A DNA stretch of 64,000 bases from Hypanus sabinus (lineage: Eukaryota), in the NCBI RefSeq assembly GCF_030144855.1, contig NC_082708.1, positions 67,704,001 to 67,768,000 of the forward strand. Reading direction: 5' to 3'. The position numbers and the translations under genes were made by a program. Below are positions 39,300 to 52,452 of the stretch, piece after piece. The notes under the pieces were generated by a model, which was given only the letters and a program-made list of their open reading frames with translations, made no database searches and was not told where the DNA came from. Position 1 is the stretch's first letter; every line of letters begins with the position of its first letter.

Positions 39300-41960
39300 T
39301 TCTCTCAGGTTTAGTTGGTGGAATCTTACAGGGAAGCATTCAAAAACAGCTCCTAACTGAAGCACAGTATATATTGAAAAAAGCAGTGGAAATCACTGTT
39401 TCAATGGAAACCGCAGTCAGAGACGCAATTGAGTTGCAGTCAGGAATGAAAGTGAGCACACATCAAGTTGCAACGTATAACAGAAACCAACGTAGTGAAG
39501 CAAATTGTGTTTCCATTATGGCACAGGCTCATAGCTATCTAACAAATGCAGAGTTAAAGGTGAAACTTGCAGAAAATTCAACAAAGCAGGTCACATACAA
39601 AGATCATGTTGGGCAGACAAAAAATTTACACATGGGAGAGAAAGCAAAAATGACAAATTGTATTTTCAAAGAGAGCACTAACCTGCACACCGTTGATAAA
39701 AAATCTGATAATGATGAGAGTGACACAGGTTTGTGTAGCCTTGAGATTAACAGTGTGAAAATTAACAATAGACAAACAATGTGGCTTATGCCAGAAATGA
39801 CTGTCAAATTAATTAAAATGGAATTGGAAACTGGTTCAGCTGTTTTATTCATTCCACAAAATGAGTTTGAATGGCATTTCAAAGATACTAAACTGAAGCT
39901 TGCAGATATCCAGCTAAGAACTTATACTGGAGAAAAGATAACTCCTGTGGGAAGGACATTTGCAGCAGTGAAAATACAACAACCAACAAGCCCCATTGAG
40001 CTTGTAGGTGGTAAAAATAGAAGGATCCGCATTGTGGGGACATGATTGGCTGAGACAAATATAACTTGTTTGGAAATCCATCCACTGTTAGCATGCCACA
40101 TCCCTTGTTATGAAGCCATATTAAGGTGAATTAAGAAAGGTACTGGATGATGCCAAAGCAGTTTCAAGAATGGCATTGGAAAACCCAAATATATCAAGGG
40201 TAAAATACTATGAAATGAAAATGCCACACTCAAGTTTTGCAAAGCCTATCCAGTTCCTTATACCATCCATGATAAAGTAGCCTGTGAGCTAGATCACATG
40301 AAGGAATTTTTCCCAAGGTTGAGTGGAGTCCATGGGAAATACCTGTAGTCCCAGTAGCCAACAATAATGGGTCTGTCAAGATATGTGGTAATTTCAAGGC
40401 GTAGATGGAGATGGAAGAAAAGTCCAAAGGGTTTCTCATCATAAGCACTCACAAAGGGCTGCATTGGTATAATAGTCTTAGTTTTGGAGTGGCAGCTATA
40501 CCTGCACTCTGGCAGAAAGCTACGGACCAGGTGCTGCATGGCTACCCAGGCACTCAGTGATACCTGGATGACATCTCCATTACTGGTAAGGATGACAAGA
40601 AACATCTTCAAAACCTCAAGACAGTGTTAAAAAGGTAAGAAGATTATGGGCTCAGAGCACGATGTAACAAGTGTGAATTCTTATAAGCAGGCATCACTTA
40701 CACATCACTCAATTGACACATAGGAATTACACAAGCGTGCTGAGAAAATTCAAACTGTGGTGAATGCCCCAAAGCCAAAGGACGTGTCACAGTTCTGTCC
40801 TTTTTAGGATTTGTCATTACTATAAGAGGATCCTGCAAAACCTGGCTACAGTGCTCCACCCCTTGAACTCATTACAGCAGATCGGGAAGAAATGGCAATG
40901 GACATGGCAGTGTGAGATGAAACTTAAACACAGATTGACAGAGAGGCCCTAATTCTGCTCTAGGGTGTAAAACGTTTCAACTAGTACTTGTATGGGAGAG
41001 GGTTTACCTCGTTACTGATCATCAACCACTGGTGTCCATTTTCAATCCCCAGAATGATGTCCTACAAACATCAGCAGCACAAATGCAGAGGTGGGCTCTG
41101 TTTCTTGGAGGACATTTACAAGATTGAATTCAAGAGGTCAGCTAATATTGGGAATGCTGAAGGATTGTTCACTTTACTCTTGGGAAAGGAAGTACCTGAA
41201 AAACTTAGTGAAAAAGACACTCCTCTTGATGTATTCTCCCTAATCCAAAACAAAAGTCTCCTTATTATGGCAGGGATGATCCAAAGGGAAACCAGAAAAG
41301 ATCCCACACTGTCAGATCTACATGGCCACCCAACATGCAACAGAAATCCCAGTTCTTCCATTTTTACCATTGCTGGGATGAGTTTGTCCTTGATGGGGAT
41401 TGGGAGTAGTTATAACATCCGTGCTGAGAGCTAAAGCTTTGGAGGAGCTACATGCCGGTCATCTAGGTATGGTCAAAATGAAAGCATTGGCTCAAAGCTT
41501 TGTCTGGAGGCCTGGGCTAGTTCAGCAGATTGAGCTGCTTGCCTGGCACTATACACGATGTCAACATGTCCAGAAGATGCCAAGAGCAGCACTTCTCTCT
41601 CCCTGGGAATGGCCTGCATTGCACTGTCAGAGGATTCGTGTAGATTTTGCTGGACCATTCATGAGCACAGATTTCTCAGTAGTATTGGATGGAGCTACAA
41701 GGTGACCAGAAGTGTTTCCAATAGCCCCCACTGCAACTGCACACACTGTTGATCTAACAAAAAGCCCCTTCACAAGGGTTGGTATACTAGAACACTTAGT
41801 CAATTGTGGGGGAACAGTTACAATCATTTCTAAAAACTGAATTGAATAAGACATATTACATATGCACTATATCACACAGCTACAAATGGCTTGGTGGAAA
41901 GGTTTCTCCAGAGTCTAAAGAATGCACTGTGAGTAATGTCAGCAGAACACACTACACTAA
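39300..41960 (+). mobile_element. Ty3/Gypsy (Mag-like) element: gag end, PR, RT, RNase H, integrase; no 5' LTR
   Basis: KMELETGSAV (LDTG-like), QLRTYTGEKI, SVKICGNFK, YLDDI, LLTDHQPLVSIF, LEELHAGHLGMVKMKALAQSFVWRPGL..CQH, QRIRVDFAGPF, SHSYKWL/NGLVERF. Confidence 0.9.
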
Positions 41961-44072
41961 CATTATTCAACTATGGCCCAAGTGCGGAGAGACAGACGCT
42001 GAAAGGAAAAAGAAAACAATAAACACTAGGCCAAACGGGGCCATTATCTAAAACTCTCAAACAGAAAGCTAGAAGCCAACCCAGCGGCTGAAAGCTATAT
42101 CTGAATATCAAATGAATACTGCTAGTCTTCAGCCTCAGTCGACTTGATAGTCCACGTTCTCAGACAAGGCCAAATGCAAGCATGCAGCTTAAAGTTTTGT
42201 GCTTTGCTCAAGTCTCAGGAAGCACTACAATGAAAAGAAGGAGTTAAATATCGTCACAATGTAATAATAATTATCTGACATGAGCATACTTATGAGTGCA
42301 ATTGCCGAATCTGCTGCGCTGATGAATCTGTGGTTGTGACAGGTGCAGTTCCTGAGGCGCCACAGCTGTGCCTGCTGGAAGTCCCAGATGAGCAACTTGT
42401 CCAAGATGTCCTTTGCTGGGTTCAAGAGCTTTTCTCAGGATCATGCCCTTCCTAATCCACAAGATACTGGACCTGACAACGTACCCGGCGAGAGTCAGGA
42501 GGTACAGTATAGACCAGAGGACCATACACCAAGTGGGAAGGAGGGGGACGAGGGGTAACTGAGCACAGGGGAGAGGTAGTAACAGGCTTGAACAGAGAAA
42601 CAGGGAACATGGGGTGGATTTTCATTGACACTGTTAGACGCAATCTGTACAAGATCTTGTTGACAGCCTTTTCCATTACAAATGGTCCCACATAGTGCAG
42701 AGCAAATTTGCAGTTCTCGACTTTCAGGGGAAGATCACTTTGTACTGACTAGACCTTGTCTCCTGGCTTGAAAGGCCTCACCTGTCAGCGGAGTGGATCA
42801 CCCTGCCAGGTATATTGTTTCTCGCTCGTCTCCAGATTCATTTGTAGTGCGAGATCAGCTGTTTAGTAGCAGGAACTCCTAATTAACCTCCTGATCAGGG
42901 AAGAGCAGGGACTGGAATCACTTCTGGAATTCAAATGGAGACATACCTGTAGAGGATCTGGAGGTTATTGTGGTTGATCTCTGCCCAAACCAATTGGGAG
43001 CTCCAGGACGTGGGGTTGGAAGAGGCAATGCAGCGCAGAGTTGTCTCCAACTCCTGGTTCACTCTCTCAGTCTGGCCATTGGATTGGGGTGAAAACCAGA
43101 TGAGACGCTGGCCATGGCTCCTACTAGAGAGCAGAAAGCTTTCCAAAAGAGGGAAGTGAACTGTGGTCCATGATCAGACGCTATGTCTTGGGGAAAGCCA
43201 TGTGGCAGTCTCATGAACTGATGGGAGCTTGGGGAGGGCAAGGAAGTGGGCAGCCTTGGAAAATTGATCCACAAAGACCAAAATTGTAGAGTTCCCATTA
43301 GAGAGGGGCAGACCAGTGATGAAATCTACTGAGAGGTGGGACCAGGGGCAGTAGGGCACAGGCAGTGGAAATTGCAGATCCACAGGAAGCTGGCATGATG
43401 TCTTGTTCTGAGCAGAGGTGGGCTAGGCAGATACGAAATTGTGGACATCCTAGGACATAGATGGCCATCAACATTGTCTCTTAATAAACCTCTGGGTCCG
43501 TTGAATTGCCGGATAGCCAGTCAGACAGGAGGAATGACCCTTTTCCAACACTTTGGAGTACACCATGCAGGGACAAATTGCTGGCTAATAGGTCACCCAC
43601 CCAGGCCTGGATCCAACTATTGGGCGGCCTTCCCCTCTGCTTCTATTCCCCAGATTACCAGAGCAGTGATGTACAAGTGAAGAAGGATGGGCTCTGGATC
43701 GGTATTGTCCTCAGATCCATCAAACTGCTGGGAGAGGCCATGGGACTTGGTATTCATCTTGCTGGAACAATAGAAAGGATTAAATTAAAATGAGTGAAGA
43801 TGAGAGCCCAACAGACTTGACAGAGTTGAATCTCTTTCTGTCCTGAATATAAGAGAGGTTTCTGTATCTGTCCAAGCTAAGAAACGATTATCTGCCCTAT
43901 CCAGTCTGTGTCATCATTCCTCCAGGGCCTCCTTGGCAGCTAGAAGTTCCCAATTTTCAACATCAGAATTACTCTCAGCCAAATTCAGGTGACAGGTAAG
44001 AAAGACACAGGGTTCAGAAGGGCGTTGAGAGAGAACAGCTCCAATGCCGACATCAGATGCATCCATCTTGAC

Positions 44073-44965
44073 TATGAATGTGGAGAGTCTGCAGAGGGAT
44101 ATAGATAGGTTAAGTGAGTGGGTCAAGGTCCGGCAGATGGAATACAACATTGGTAAATGCAAGATCATCCACTCTGGAAGGAATAATAGAAGATTAGATT
44201 ATTATTTAAATGATAAAAGATTGTAGCACATTGTTGTACAGAGGGACTTGGGAGTGCTTGTTCATGAATTGCAAAAAGTTTGCTTGCAGGTACAACAGGT
44301 TATTAAGAAGGTAAACGGAATGTTGGCCTACATTGCTACAGGGATTGAACTCAAGAGAGGGATTTCATGCTGTAACTATACAGGGTACTGGTGAGGCCGC
44401 ACCTGGAGTACTGCGTGCAGTTCTGGTCTCCTTACTTGAGGAAGGATATACTGGCTTTGGAGGCAGCGCAGAGGAGGTTCCCCAGGTTGATTCCAGGGAT
44501 GAAGGGGTTAACCTATGAGGAGCGATTGAGTCGCCTGGGACTATACTCTCAGGAGTTCAGAAGAATGAGAGGGGATCTTATAGAAACATACAAAATTTTG
44601 AAAGGGATAGATAAGATAGAAGTAAGAAAGTTGTTTCCATTGGTAGGTGAGACTCGAACTAGGAGACATTGCCTCAAGATTCAGGGGAGAAGATTTAGGA
44701 CGGAGATGAGGAGAAACTGTTTTTCCCAGAGAGTGGTGAATCTGTGGAATTCTCTGCCCAGGGAAGCAGTTGATGCTTCTTCACTAAATATATTTAAGAT
44801 ACAGTTAGATAGGTTTTACATAGTAAAGGAATTAAGAGTTATGGGGAAAAGGCAGGTAGATGGAGCTGAGTTTATGGACAGATCAGCCATGATCTTATTG
44901 AATGGTGGGGCAGGTTTGATGGGCTGGATGGCCTACTCCTGCTCCTATTTCTTATGTTCTTATGA
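44073..44965 (+). mobile_element. CR1 LINE 3' portion inserted in chromovirus RNase H
   Basis: [66 protein letters not shown]; (ttcttatg)n tail. Confidence 0.95.
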
Positions 44966-45117
44966 TGGGTCTGGGTGTTGCAGCACTGGAGCAGTGGTGA
45001 AATATCACTTTAACTCCAAAAATGCTTGGTAAGCATCGTCAGTCCAGTGGAATCCTGCCAAGGACCTCCTGATGAGCGCATTTATGGGAGCCGTGATAGA
45101 TCTGAAATTCTGGATGA

Positions 45118-45627
45118 AACATAGAAACATTGAAAACCTACAGCACAATACAGGCCCTTTGGCCCACAAAGTTGTGCTGAACATGTCCCTACCTAAGAAA
45201 TTACTAGGATTACCCATAACCCTCTATTTTTCTGAGCTCCATATACCTATCCAAAAGTCTCTTAAGAGACTCTATCACATCCGCCTCTTCCACCAACATT
45301 GCTGGTAGCCCATTCCATGCACTCACTACTCTCTGAGTAAAATACTTACTCCTGGCATCTCCTCTGTACCTATTCCCCAGCACCTTAAACCTGTGTCCTC
45401 TTGTGGCAACCATTTCAGCCCTGGGAAAAAAGCTTCTAACTAACCACACGATCAATGCCTCTCATCATCTCATACACCTCTAACAGGTCACCTCTCATCT
45501 TCCGTCGCTCCAAGGGGAAAAGGCCGAGTTCACTCAACCTGTCTTCATAAGGCATGCTCCCCAATCTGGGCAACATCCTTGTAAGTCTCCTCAGCACCCT
45601 TTGTATAGTTTCCACATCCTTCCTGTA
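45118..45627 (-). mobile_element. CR1 LINE 3' fragment
   Basis: YRKDVETIQRVLRRLTRMLP, RGDLLEVY, FTQRVVSAWNGLP; (gtttctat)n tail at 45118. Confidence 0.92.
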
Positions 45628-47396
45628 ATGAATTGAATTTGAATGAACTTGAATTGTATTGACTTTATTACTTACATCCTTCACATACATGAGGAGTAAA
45701 AATCTTTATATTACATCTCCATCTAAATATGCTACGTGCATTCATAGTAATTTATAATGAATAGAACAGTCAATGTAACATAGAATACACTCAAACCAGC
45801 GTTTCATCAGTCTGATGGCCTGGTGGAAGAAGCTGTCCCGGAGCCTGTTGGTCCTGGCTTTTATGCTGTGGTACCGCTTCCCGGATGGTAACAGCTGGAA
45901 TAGATTCTGGTTGGGATGACTTGGGTCCCCAATGATCCTACGGGCCCTTTTTTACATGCCTATCCTTGTAAATGTCCTGAATCATGGGAAGTTCACAACA
46001 ACAGATACAGGGGGTTGTCCGCACCACTCTCTGCAGAGTGCTGCAATCAAGGGAGGTACAGTTCCCGTACCAGGCAGTGATGCAGCCAGTCAGGATGCTC
46101 TCAATTGTACCCCTGTAGAAAGTTCTTAGGATTTGGGGGCCCATACCAAACTTCCTCAACCATCAGAGGTGAAAGAGGCACTGTCGTGCCTTTTTCACCA
46201 CACAGCCAGTATGTACAGACCACATGAAGTGCTCTGTGATGAAAGCACTGAGGAACTTGAAGCTGCTTACCCTCTCAACCCCAGATCCATTGATGTCAAT
46301 AGGAGTTAGCCTGTCTCTATTCCTCCTGTAATCCACAACCAGCTCCTTTGTTTTTGCAACATTGAGGGAGAGGTTGTTTTCTTGACACCACTGTGTCAGA
46401 GAGAAGACTTCTTCCCTGTAGGCCACCTCATTATTGTTTGAGATAAGGCCAACCAGTGTAGTGTCATTGGCAAATTTAAATAGCAGATTGGAGTTGTGGT
46501 TGTGATACAGTCATGGTTATACAGGGAGTAAAGGAGGGGACTCAGTACGCAGCCCTGAGGGGCTCCTGTGTTGAGAGTCGGAGGGTTGGAGGTGAGGGAG
46601 CCCACTCTTACAACCTACTGGCAATCTGACAGGAACTCCAGGATCCAGCTGCACAAGGCAGGATCAAGGCCGAGCTCTCTGAGCTTCTTGTCAAGCCTGG
46701 ATGGAACTATGTTGTTGAATGCTGAACTGTTGTCCAAGAACAGCATTCTCACATAAGCATCCTTCTTCTCCAGATGTGTAAGGACAGTGTGTAGAGCTGT
46801 GGCTATTGCATCGTCTGTCAATCGGTTGTATCAGTAGGCAAATTGTAGGGGTCCAGTTTGGGTGGTAGCAAGCTGCAGATGTAATCCTTGACCGGCCTCT
46901 CAAAGCATTTGCTTATTATTGAGCTGAATGCAACAGGACACCAGGCCTTCAGACACGTTACCTTGGTCTTTTTTGGTGCAGGGACAATGGTGGATGATTT
47001 GAAGCAGGAGGGCACTCTACACTGGGAGAGGGAGAGATCAAAAATGTCTGTAAACACACCTGCCAGTTGTGCTGCGTACATCCTGAGTACTCGCCCTGGG
47101 ACGCTGTGTGGTCCAGCAGCCTTCTGACTGTCTACTCATTGGAAACATCTGCGTACCTCAGCCTCAGAGATGACCAGGTTGCAGGTAGTAGCGGTGACTT
47201 TCCTCGAAGGCTCAGAGGTAGCGACATCGAACCAAGTGTAAAAGCAATTGAGCTCATCTGGTAGAGAGGTTGCAATGTTGGCGGCACCACAACATTTGGC
47301 TTTGAAGACTGCGATGGTAGGCAGCCCTCGCAACAAGTCACATGCGCTCTTCGTTGTGAATCTTGACTCAGTCTTCTCCCTATATTGTTGCAATAG
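45628..47396 (-). mobile_element. Rex1/Babar-like LINE, 5'-truncated
   Basis: [87 protein letters not shown]; (attca)n tail at 45628. Confidence 0.95.
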
Positions 47397-48544
47397 GTGG
47401 TAATAAAAGTTTGCAAGCCCCATGAAACAGCGTACCTGTTTGACTGCAGCTGATTTGGGCCACTTTGTAACTGCCTGAACTTTACAAGGATCTACTCGAA
47501 CACTGGATGGGGTAAGTATATAGTCCAAAAATGACACCTGGTCTTTATGGAACTCACATTTCTTGGGCTTAGTGTGCAGGTTATTTTCGAGGAGCCATCA
47601 GAGAATCCCACTGACATGCTGGATGTGTTCCTGGTAAGAGAGGGAATGGATCAGAATGTCGTCTAAATATCCAAAAACAAAATGGATCACCACGTCCCTG
47701 AGCACATTGTTAACTAAGGCTTGGAATACATCAGGAGCATTGGCAAGACCAAAGAGCATCATAAAGTACTCATAGTGGCCACTAGACGTATTGAAAGCCA
47801 TCTTCCACTCATCCCCTTCTCTCGTATGAACCAGATTGTAAACATTGCACAGAGCAATTTTGGAAAATATGGTTTCTCCCTGGGGATACTGGAATGCAGA
47901 TGCCAGCAAGGGAAGAGGGCAGCGGTTCTTCACAGTGAAATTGTTCAGGGGCTGATAATCGATGCAGGGGTGGAGCTTGCTGTTTTTCTTGCTCACAAAA
48001 AAGATGCCTGCTTCTGCTGGTAAGGCTGACGGATGGATAAACCCTCTTTGATGTATTCCTCCATTTTCACCATTTCAGAAGAGAGGGAGAAGTACCAGCC
48101 GCAGGGAGGACTTGTGCTAGGTAGGAGGTCTATGGCCGGTGTGGGGGAAGAGAGGTGGCCTTCCTTTTACTGATAACCTCAAGGAGATCTGCATATTCCA
48201 CCAGAATCTCAGACAGGTCCACATCCTTAGCTGACACAGCGGGGGATTTATGGAACTGAGGTTGGGCTAGACCCAGACGGGTAGACAGGCACGCTGGTCC
48301 CCACTCTTGGAGTACTTTAAGAGACTAATTGATCCATGGGTTATTTTGGGATAGCCAGAGAAGACCAAGCACCAGTGGCAGTTCAGGAGAATCAACCAGA
48401 TAGGAGAGTCCTTCACTATGGTTGCCTCTGAGCACAAGTTTGAGGGGTTTGGTTGAAAGGTGGATCTGGCCAGTGCCCCAGAGTTTGACCGTCCAGGGCC
48501 TTGACATTGATCTTTTCACTCAATTCTTGAGCCGGAGCTCCCTT

Positions 48545-49308
48545 CCTTTGAGCTACGGAGGTGATCAGAAGTGGAAAGATTAAGGACTTGGAAAGATTAA
48601 GGACAGAACTGGACCACTCTCCTACACAGTGAAGATTGCATCTGATATCATCTGGAGCCAATACATCAATCAGTTGAGGAGAGAAAATGAAATTGTTAGA
48701 GAAGAAAGTTGGCTACTGCTATCAGAACTACGTCCTACAGTCTCAGAGTCAACTCCAGCAACCACCACTGAGGAGGCTCCAGAACCCGAGATTGTTTGGC
48801 TGCTGCAAATCTCACATGCCAAGCAGAGTGACCCTCACCCGCCACCACCCCCTAACCCTGTCAGGAAAGGCATTTTCCCACGAGAGAAAGAAATCCTCCA
48901 CAGAGATTGAATCTTTAGACTTGAAAGGGACAATTTAAAATTTACTATGCCATAGATGTCTGTATATAGTAGTTGAATTATATATAATATATTATATATT
49001 ATACCGTGTACATAGTTGAGATACATTCTATATTGAAATGATGTTTATACCTAAGCAGAGAGGAGAATTGTGTATTTAACATTTCAATAATATTTGAGTA
49101 ATCTTGCACTTATATGGTTTGATTAAGGGTTCTTTTTCATTTAAATAATTAATTACAGGTTATTATGTAAAAATATGTTAATTGCATACATTATCATGCT
49201 ACCACATGATACATGCACCCCTCACTTAAAGACGAACTTACACCTGCATTCTTTATTAATTCTTTAATTGAATTAATTTAATGTTTTGAAATTTAAAAAA
49301 ACGTAACA
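48545..49308 (+). mobile_element. 3' end of the Mag-like Gypsy (integrase C-terminus, PPT, 3' LTR 49069-49308)
   Basis: KDRTGPLSYTVKIASDIIWSQYINQLR, RHFPTRERNPPQRLNL*; PPT aagcagagaggagaa, then TGTGT...AACA. Confidence 0.85.
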
Positions 49309-50164
49309 TTAATGGCGGTACTTTTTTTGAGGCGTTGCCTGCTGCATGCTGGGGAGGCTTGTGCCATGATGGAGCTGGCTGAGTTTACCATGCTCCACAA
49401 CATTTTTTTCCCAAATCTGTACATTGACCTCCTCCATGACAGCCAGAGATGTAACCAGTTAGAATGCTGTCATGAAACGTCTCTAGAAATTTGCTACTAA
49501 TTAGCCATGGATAAAAGTAATTAGAACCTCAGTATTCTGTAGCAAACATCTCACCTAACTCCACTAAACCTGTCATGTTGCACTGTCAACATGGAAATCT
49601 TGGTTGTTGCCAGGACTCAATAGACTAAGTTATAAGGAGAGCTTGGGCAGGCTAGGACTTTATTCCTTGGAGTGTCAGAGACTAAGAGGCAATCTTATAG
49701 AAGTGTATAAAATCATTTGGGGCATAGATGCATGAGTTGTATGCATATGGTCTTTTTCCTACTTTGGGAAGTCAAGAACTGGAGGAGGTTAGATTTAAGG
49801 AAAGAAGGAAAAAAATAGTAGAAACTGAGAGTCAAATATATACTGGCTGGTATGTTTATGGAATGAGCTGCTGGACCATGTGGTTGAGGCAGGTACAAGA
49901 GCAACTTTTAGAAGACAGTTGGATAGGTACATGGAAAGATTTAGAAGTTTATGGTGCACCCCAAAAGAAAATGGAATGGATTAATCCCTGTCATCAATGG
50001 AAGAGAGGCCCATGACTGAGGCAGAAGTTGGAAGATAAAGATGAAGGATTTGGAAAAATGGATGGTGTCCTGAAAGAAACCATATGAAAGGGATCAAAAC
50101 AGGAATCATAGTAACCAATCACCTTCTCTGTAAAATTTTACAAGACAGATGTGTTCACCTAGTA

Positions 50165-51786
50165 CGGGGGTCGGCAACCCGCGGCTCCGGAGCCACATGT
50201 GGCTCTTTTACGTCTGTGCTGCGGCTCCCTGTTGCTTTGGGAAATAATTGGTTGTGGCGACCCTTTTCCTGGCACATCCGAACCGACTCACAATTAGATA
50301 GCCTACGGGGGTTTGTGAGCACAGAGCTTTGGAGCCTCTGCGCCATGGGGGGGGGGGCAGGTTGGGGGGGGGGGCAGGTTGAGGGAGGCTTAAAAGTGAG
50401 GCTGAAGATTTCGAATAAAGTTTTTTCCTTCGACTGCAATTACCGACTCCGTGTCGTAATTTTAGCGCTGCGTGTAGCACACCGCTACATGGTCAGTATT
50501 TAATTAAAATGTATTTTATGTTAGTTTGTTAGTTTTTGAAATGTAAATCTAAATTTGAAGATTATGGTGATCTTGTACAATCTAAATAAGACGTTGTGGC
50601 GACCCATTTTCTGACACATCCGAACCGGCTCACAATTAGCCAGCGTTCAGGCTAAGGGAGATAGCCTACGGGGGTTTGTGAGTACGTGTCTTTTGGAGCA
50701 TCCGCGCCCATGGGGGTGCGGGTTGAGGGAGACTTAAAAGCAAGGCTGTTTAGTTCGAATAAAGCTATCTTTGACTGCAGTTTACTGACTGCGTGTAGCA
50801 TGCCGCTGCAACTTGTTTTTATCGCTGGCTGTCCAGAGGGGAGGTGCTGAAACGCTTTGTCGCGTGTCTGGAAGAAGTGAAAACTTTCCTGGGCAGCAAA
50901 GGGCTCACCTTTCCTGAGCTGGAACAGCCAGAGTGGCTGGAAAAGCTACACTTCATGGTAGACATGACAGCGCACCTGAACACGCTGAACACAGCTCTTC
51001 AACGGGGTAAGGACGTACAGCCCTGCACATGTTGGAGGATGTTTTGGCATTCGAGCGCAAGTTGACGTTGCTTGCCAGAGATTTACAGAAAGGCACTTTG
51101 TCTCACTTCCCCAATTTGAGAGAGTTCAAACAAGGTCACGACATGATAAATTCAGAGTATTTACATTCTGCAATCATCGCAATGCAAACATCGTTTGGGA
51201 AACGCTTCTGTGAGTTCAGAGAGGAAAAAAACACATTATCCTTCCCGGTCACTCCCCTAAGCATCGATCCATCCCTACTGAATACGACTGCATTGTCAGG
51301 TGTGAGTCAACCTGAACAAGTATGATAAATATTTTAATTGCCTATTATTTTACGTATATTCATATGTTTTCATTGTTCAGTGAAATAGTCCTTTTATTTT
51401 TCAGGTTGACAGCTGGCTGACGTTATTTTTGGTTTGCTGCTGGCGGCAAATTTAAGTTTGGCGTTTTTCATAAATACAAGAAGGACTCAAATAGACGTTG
51501 AGTATTTTACTTAAAAGTAACCTTCAACCCAACGTCTCTTTTTCGGAGTTCAAAATGTTTTTGTTGCATGCAGAAATGTAATTTCGTTTTCTCTGCAGGA
51601 GTTCATCAATTTCATAAATGCAACACATTATAGTTTGTTTATACATAGCATAAAGGCAAAACAAAACGTTGTATGCAGTGTTATTTCATTTTAAATGTCA
51701 AACGGGTTTTGCGGCTCCCAGTGTTTACTTTTCTGTGGGAAACGGGTCCAAGTGGCTCTTTCAGCGGTAAAAGTTGCTGACCCCTG
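50165..51786 (+). mobile_element. hAT DNA transposon (Buster/Charlie group), internally deleted, 1622 bp
   Basis: Perfect 8-bp TSD ACCTAGTA (50157-50164 and 51787-51794, nnnTAnnn type); TIRs CGGGGGTCGGCAAC / GTTGCTGACCCCTG; transposase piece RWLSRGEVLKRF..WLEKLHFMVDMTAHLNTLNTALQ..FERKLTLLARDL..LSHFPNL (50823-51325, one frameshift). Confidence 0.97.
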
Positions 51787-52269
51787 ACCTAGTACAACAG
51801 CAGAAGTGTTCAAGGCAGGATTCCAGGAGAGGGATGGTGGTCACAGGAATCTCTTAAAGGTGTAGCTGCTGCTTAAACATGTTCAAAGTGTGAGAGTGTA
51901 TTCAAGGTGTCAACAGAGAGTGAACCGGTATTCACAGGAGGTTATCAGCAACATCTCCATGGTTTCCAAGGGACAGTGTTCACAGGGGTCAGATTCAGAT
52001 AAATTGTATCCAGCATATGTACATCGAAACATAAGCGAAATGCATCATTTGTGGCAACAACCAACACAATCTTAGAATGTACTGGGAGCAGCCTGCAAGT
52101 CATCAGTGACATCAGAGTGTTTCCCAGGGAACCACAGGCTGTCGGACAGTGTTCACAAAAAATCTTCACAAATATCTTTCCTATGATTCATTTATAATTC
52201 CCCCTATAATATTGCACTTTATTGCAAAATTCTTTACGTTTCAATTGAACTGGCAAGAATTATTTAAAT

Positions 52270-52452
52270 ATTTTCTGGAATGCCTCAGCATTTTCATGTT
52301 CAAAGTACTATTTTAGCCCCGGATCTCCCTTAACTCAGGGAAGTGGGCAAAGAGAATGAACAATCCCATTTCTACCCAGGAGATCCAACCCATTCCCAAA
52401 ATCACAGACACAGGGACACCTTGGAAATCAGTTACTCCTTTCACACATTTCA
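52270..52452 (+). repeat. Paralog of 63130-63283 (part of the local duplication)
   Basis: Shared gaagtgggcaa-gagaatgaacaa-cccatttctaccc-ggagatccaaccca..gacacagg-acacc-tggaaa-cagtt-ctcctt. Confidence 0.9.

Larger units (their letters stand above)
41963..48540 (-). mobile_element. Chromovirus (Sushi-like Ty3/Gypsy) nested in the Mag-like element; 3' LTR ~41963-42340; gag and 5' LTR missing
   Basis: VKALDGQ..ELPLVLGLLWLSQNNPWIN (PR), KKNSKLHPCIDY..YLDDILI (RT), [17 protein letters not shown] (RNase H), [40 protein letters not shown] (integrase), DSRRVRCQVQYLVD..PAKDILDKLLI (chromodomain). Confidence 0.92.

Noticed and set aside
39221-40045. Longest ORF in the track (274 aa) as a host gene
   Set aside because: It starts in a SINE tail and runs into decayed Gypsy gag/protease; an accidental fusion frame
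44391-45032. 213-aa ORF as a gene
   Set aside because: CR1 ORF2 C-terminus reading through its 3' UTR into antisense chromovirus sequence
50844-51325. GTF2IRD2/EPM2AIP1-like domesticated gene
   Set aside because: Fragment is frameshifted, lacks both termini and lies between TIRs with a TSD
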